A stretch of 64,000 nt of DNA from Phyllobates terribilis (Eukaryota), in contig NW_027362768.1 in the NCBI RefSeq assembly GCF_046119375.1, positions 369,830,001 through 369,894,000 on the forward strand, in the 5' to 3' direction. Within the stretch, counting starts at the first letter, position 1. Each line of letters opens with the position of its first letter. The position numbers and the translations under genes are program-made. The notes below the pieces were generated by a model. The model did no database searches and had not been told where the DNA came from. It saw only the letters and a program-made list of their open reading frames with translations. Positions 60,258-64,000 of this stretch are shown piece by piece.

Positions 60258-63200
60258 AGCTCCTCCTAATGGTGACTTCAGACAGAATCTAATCATATAT
60301 CTCTGTATACAGGGAGCTCCCCCTAGTGGAGGCTGCAGACAGAATCTTATCATGTATCTCTGTATACAGGGAGCTCCTCCTAATGGTGACTGCAGACAGA
60401 ATCTAATCATATATCTCTGTATACAGGGAGCTCCCCCTAGTGATGACTGCAGACAGAATCTAATCATATATCTCTGTATACAGGGAGCTCCCCCTAGTGG
60501 TGACTGCAGACAGAATCTAATCATATATCTCTGTATACAGGGAGCTCCCCCTAGTGGAGGCTGCAGACAGGATCTTATCATGTTTCTCTGTATACAGGGA
60601 GCTCCTCCTAATGGTGACTGCAGACAGAATCTTATCCTGTATCTCTGTATACAGGGAGCTCCTCCTAATGGTGACTGCAGACAGAATCTTATCATATATC
60701 TCTGTATACAGGGAGCTCCCCCTAGTGGTGACTGCAGACAGAATCTTATCCTGTATCTCTGTATACAGGGAGCTCCCCCTAGTGGAGGCTGCAGACAGAA
60801 TCTTATCATGTATCTCTGTATACAGGGAACTCCCCCTAGTGGTGACTGCAGACAGAATATTATCATGTATCTCTGTATACAGGGAGCTCCCCCTAGTGGT
60901 GGCTGCAGACAGAATCTTATCATGTATCTCTGTATACAGGGAGCTCCCCCTAGTGGTGGCTGCAGACAGAATCTTATCATGTATCTCTGTATACAGGGAG
61001 CTCCCCCTAGTGGAGGCTGCAGACAGAATCTTATCATGTATCTCTGTATACAGGGAGCTCCCCCTAGTAGTGGCTGCAGACAGAATCTTATCCTGTATCT
61101 CTGTATACAGGGAGCTCCCCCTAGTGGTGGCTGCAGACAGAATATTATCATGTATCTCTGTATACAGGGAACTCCCCCTAGTGGTGGCTGCAGACAGAAT
61201 ATTATCATGTATCTCTGTATACAGGGAGCTCCCCCTAGTGGTGGCTGCAGACAGAATCTTATCATGTATCTCTGTATACAGGGAACTCCCCCTAGTGGTG
61301 ACTGCAGACAGAATATTATCATGTATCTCTGTATACAGGGAGCTCCCCCTAGTGGTGGCTGCAGACAGAATCTTATCATGTATCTCTGTATACAGGGAGC
61401 TCCCCCTAGTGGAGGCTGCAGACAGAATCTTATCATGTATCTCTGTATACAGGGAGCTCCCCCTAGTGGTGGCTGCAGACAGAATCTTATCCTGTATCTC
61501 TGTATACAGGGAAGGGAGCTCCCCCTAGTGGTGGCTGCAGACAGAATCTTATCATGTATCTCTGTATACAGGGAGCTCCCCCTAGTGGTGACTGCAGACA
61601 GAATCTTATCATGTATCTCTGTATACAGGGAGCTCCCCCTAGTGGTGGCTGCAGACAGAATCTTATCCTGTATCTCTGTATACAGGGAGCTCCCCCTAGT
61701 AGTGGCTGCAGACAGGATCTTATCATGTATCTCTGTATACAGGGAGCTCCCCCTAGTGGTGGCTGCAGACAGAATCTTATCATGTATCTCTGTATACAGG
61801 GAGCTCCCCCTAGTGGTGGCTGCAGACAGAATCTTATCATGTATCTCTGTATACAGAGAGCTCCCCCTAGTGGTGACTGCAGACAGAATCTTATCCTGTA
61901 TCTCTGTATACAGGGAGCTCCCCCTAGTAGTGGCTGCAGACAGGATCTTATCATGTATCTCTGTATACAGGGAGCTCCCCCTAGTGGTGGCTGCAGACAG
62001 AATCTTATCATGTATCTCTGTATACAGGGAGCTCCCCCTAGTGGTGGCTGCAGACAGAATATTATCATGTATCTCTGTATACAGAGAGCTCCCCCTAGTG
62101 GTGGCTGCAGACAGAATCTTATCATGTATCTCTATACAGGGAGCTCCCCCTAGTAGTGACTGTAGACAGGATCTTATCATGTATCTCTGTATACAGGGAA
62201 CTCCCCCTAGTGGTGGCTGCAGACAGAATCTTATCATGCATCTCTGTATACAGGGAGCTCCTCCTAATGGTGACTGCAGACAGAATATTATCATGTATCT
62301 CTGTATACAGGGAGCTCCCCCTAGTGGTGGCTGCAGACAGAATCTTATCATGCATCTCTGTATACAGGGAGCTCCCCCTAGTGGTGACTGTAGACAGGAT
62401 CTTATCATGTATCTCTGTATACAGGGAGCTCCCCCTAGTGGTGGCTGCAGACAGAATCTTATCATGTATCTCTGTATACAGGGAGCTCCCCCTAGTGGTG
62501 ACTGCAGACAGAATCTTATCATGCATCTCTGTATACAGGGAACTCCCCCTAGTGGTGACTGCAGACAGAATCTTATCATGCATCTCTGTATACAGGGAGC
62601 TCCCCCTAGTGGTGGCTGCAGACAGAATCTTATCATGCATCTCTGTATACAGGGAGCTCCCCCTAGTGGTGACTGTAGACAGGATCTTATCATGTATCTC
62701 TGTATACAGGGAGCTCCCCCTAGTGGTGGCTGCAGACAGAATCTTATCATGTATCTCTGTATACAGGGAGCTCCCCCTAGTGGTGACTGCAGACAGAATC
62801 TTATGTATATCTGTATACAGGGAGCTCCCCTAGTGGTGACTGCAGACAGAATCTTATCATGTATCTCTGTATACAGGGAGCTCCCCCTAGTGGTGACTGC
62901 AGACAGAATCTTATCATGTATCTCTGTATACAGGGAGCTCCCCCTAGTGGTGACTGCAGACAGAATCTTATCATGTATCTCTGTATACAGGGAGCTCCCC
63001 CTAGTGGTGGCTGCAGACAGAATCTTATCATGTATCTCTGTATACAGGGAGCTCCCCCTAGTGGTGGCAGCAGACAGGATCTTATCATGTATCTCTGTAT
63101 ACAGGGAGCTCCCCCTAGTGCTGACTGCAGACAGAATCTTATAATGTATCCCTGTATACAGAGAGCTCCCCCTAGTGGTGGCTGCAGACAGAATATTATC

Positions 63201-63469
63201 ATGTATCTCTGTATACCGGGAGCTCCCCCTAGTGGTGACTGCAGACAGGATCTTATCATGTATCTCTGTATACAGGGAGCTCCCCCTAGTGGTGACTGCA
63301 GACAGGATCTTATCATGTATCTCTGTATACAGGGGGCTCCCCCTAGTGGTGGCTGCAGACAGGATCTTATGTATCTCTGTATACAGGGAGCTCCCCCTAG
63401 TGGTGACTGCAGACAGAATCTTATCATGTATCTCTGTATACAGGGGGCTCCCCCTAGTGGTGGCTGCAG
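60258..63469. repeat. 57-bp satellite array, about 56 units, each with a CTCF-like motif
   Basis: Unit gggagctccccctagtggtggctgcagacagaatcttatcatgtatctctgtataca; the ORFs show a 19-aa period. Confidence 0.95.
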
Positions 63470-64000
63470 TCTATACTGTCCATACAGGGGTTTTGGTGCT
63501 CTGTATCAGATAAGCTGAGCTTTTTCTGCTCTAAAAATATATTAGGATATTATCCAGTGCAGAATCTTCAGTCAAATACAAAGTTACAGACGTGGCAATT
63601 TGTGATTAATCAACCAGGATCTTAAAATTGCAATTTCCTATCCAAACAATCCCATTAAATAGTTGCTCCTAAGTGTCTCGGATGAGCGCTCATCCCTCGG
63701 GGTCTGTCGTGCAGACCCTGCCCCTGTTTGATCAAGAAACACTGAGTCCCAAACAGTGTGAGCCCTGGAGCGGAGCCGCATTCCTGAGACATTATCATCT
63801 TACCGGGGGAGACACCTCCACATAATCAGCCATTATCCAGAAGGAAGACGTTACTGTATCATTATCCAGAGTCTCATTAGTCTGGGTCGTCCTCGCTGTG
63901 CTGGTACTGAGCGCGGGGCAGGACCATCCCGAGTGCTGGGATCATCAGGTTCATGTTTCCAGCTCTAACCGTGTACACAGGCAATTACTTTTCAAAGGGA

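Noticed and set aside
60219-63518. Long Cys/Gly/Pro-rich ORFs up to 969 aa
   Set aside because: Translations of the 57-bp satellite, open in several frames on both strands, with no splice structure or recognisable domain.
63850-64000. Hydrophobic stretch (LVWVVLAVLVLSAGQD) as a first exon of a neighbouring gene such as col7a1
   Set aside because: No in-frame ATG before the upstream stop and no recognisable similarity; downstream sequence is needed.

Overview
Vertebrate genomic DNA, most likely a frog (inferred from the gene set, a crescent gene, and TTAA-MITEs and minisatellites typical of anurans). Three spliced genes lie in tandem on the + strand: the 3' part of arih2 (11 coding exons, 318-11530), complete p4htm (9 exons, 15943-37651, 491 aa) and complete uqcrc1 (13 exons, 45276-57334, 478 aa). 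The main result is a fourth complete gene: crescent/frzb2 (sFRP family, sizzled/crescent clade; 4 exons, 300 aa), on the - strand wholly inside p4htm intron 2 (20912-27808). The ORF track shows only two of its exons, one fused to a tandem repeat. Introns and intergenic DNA hold a DD38E-type Tc1-like element, a DD34E Tc1 interrupted by both a piggyBac-type MITE and a CR1 LINE, an L1 3' fragment with an 18-bp TSD, many TTAA MITEs, and at least seven tandem arrays (16, 21, 35/36, 39/40, 57, 60 and 86 bp). The 57-bp array repeats a CTCF-like motif about 56 times and appears to derive from a local MITE. There is one assembly gap (9123-9305). All coordinates were read by eye and protein identities come from recalled family sequences, not database searches.
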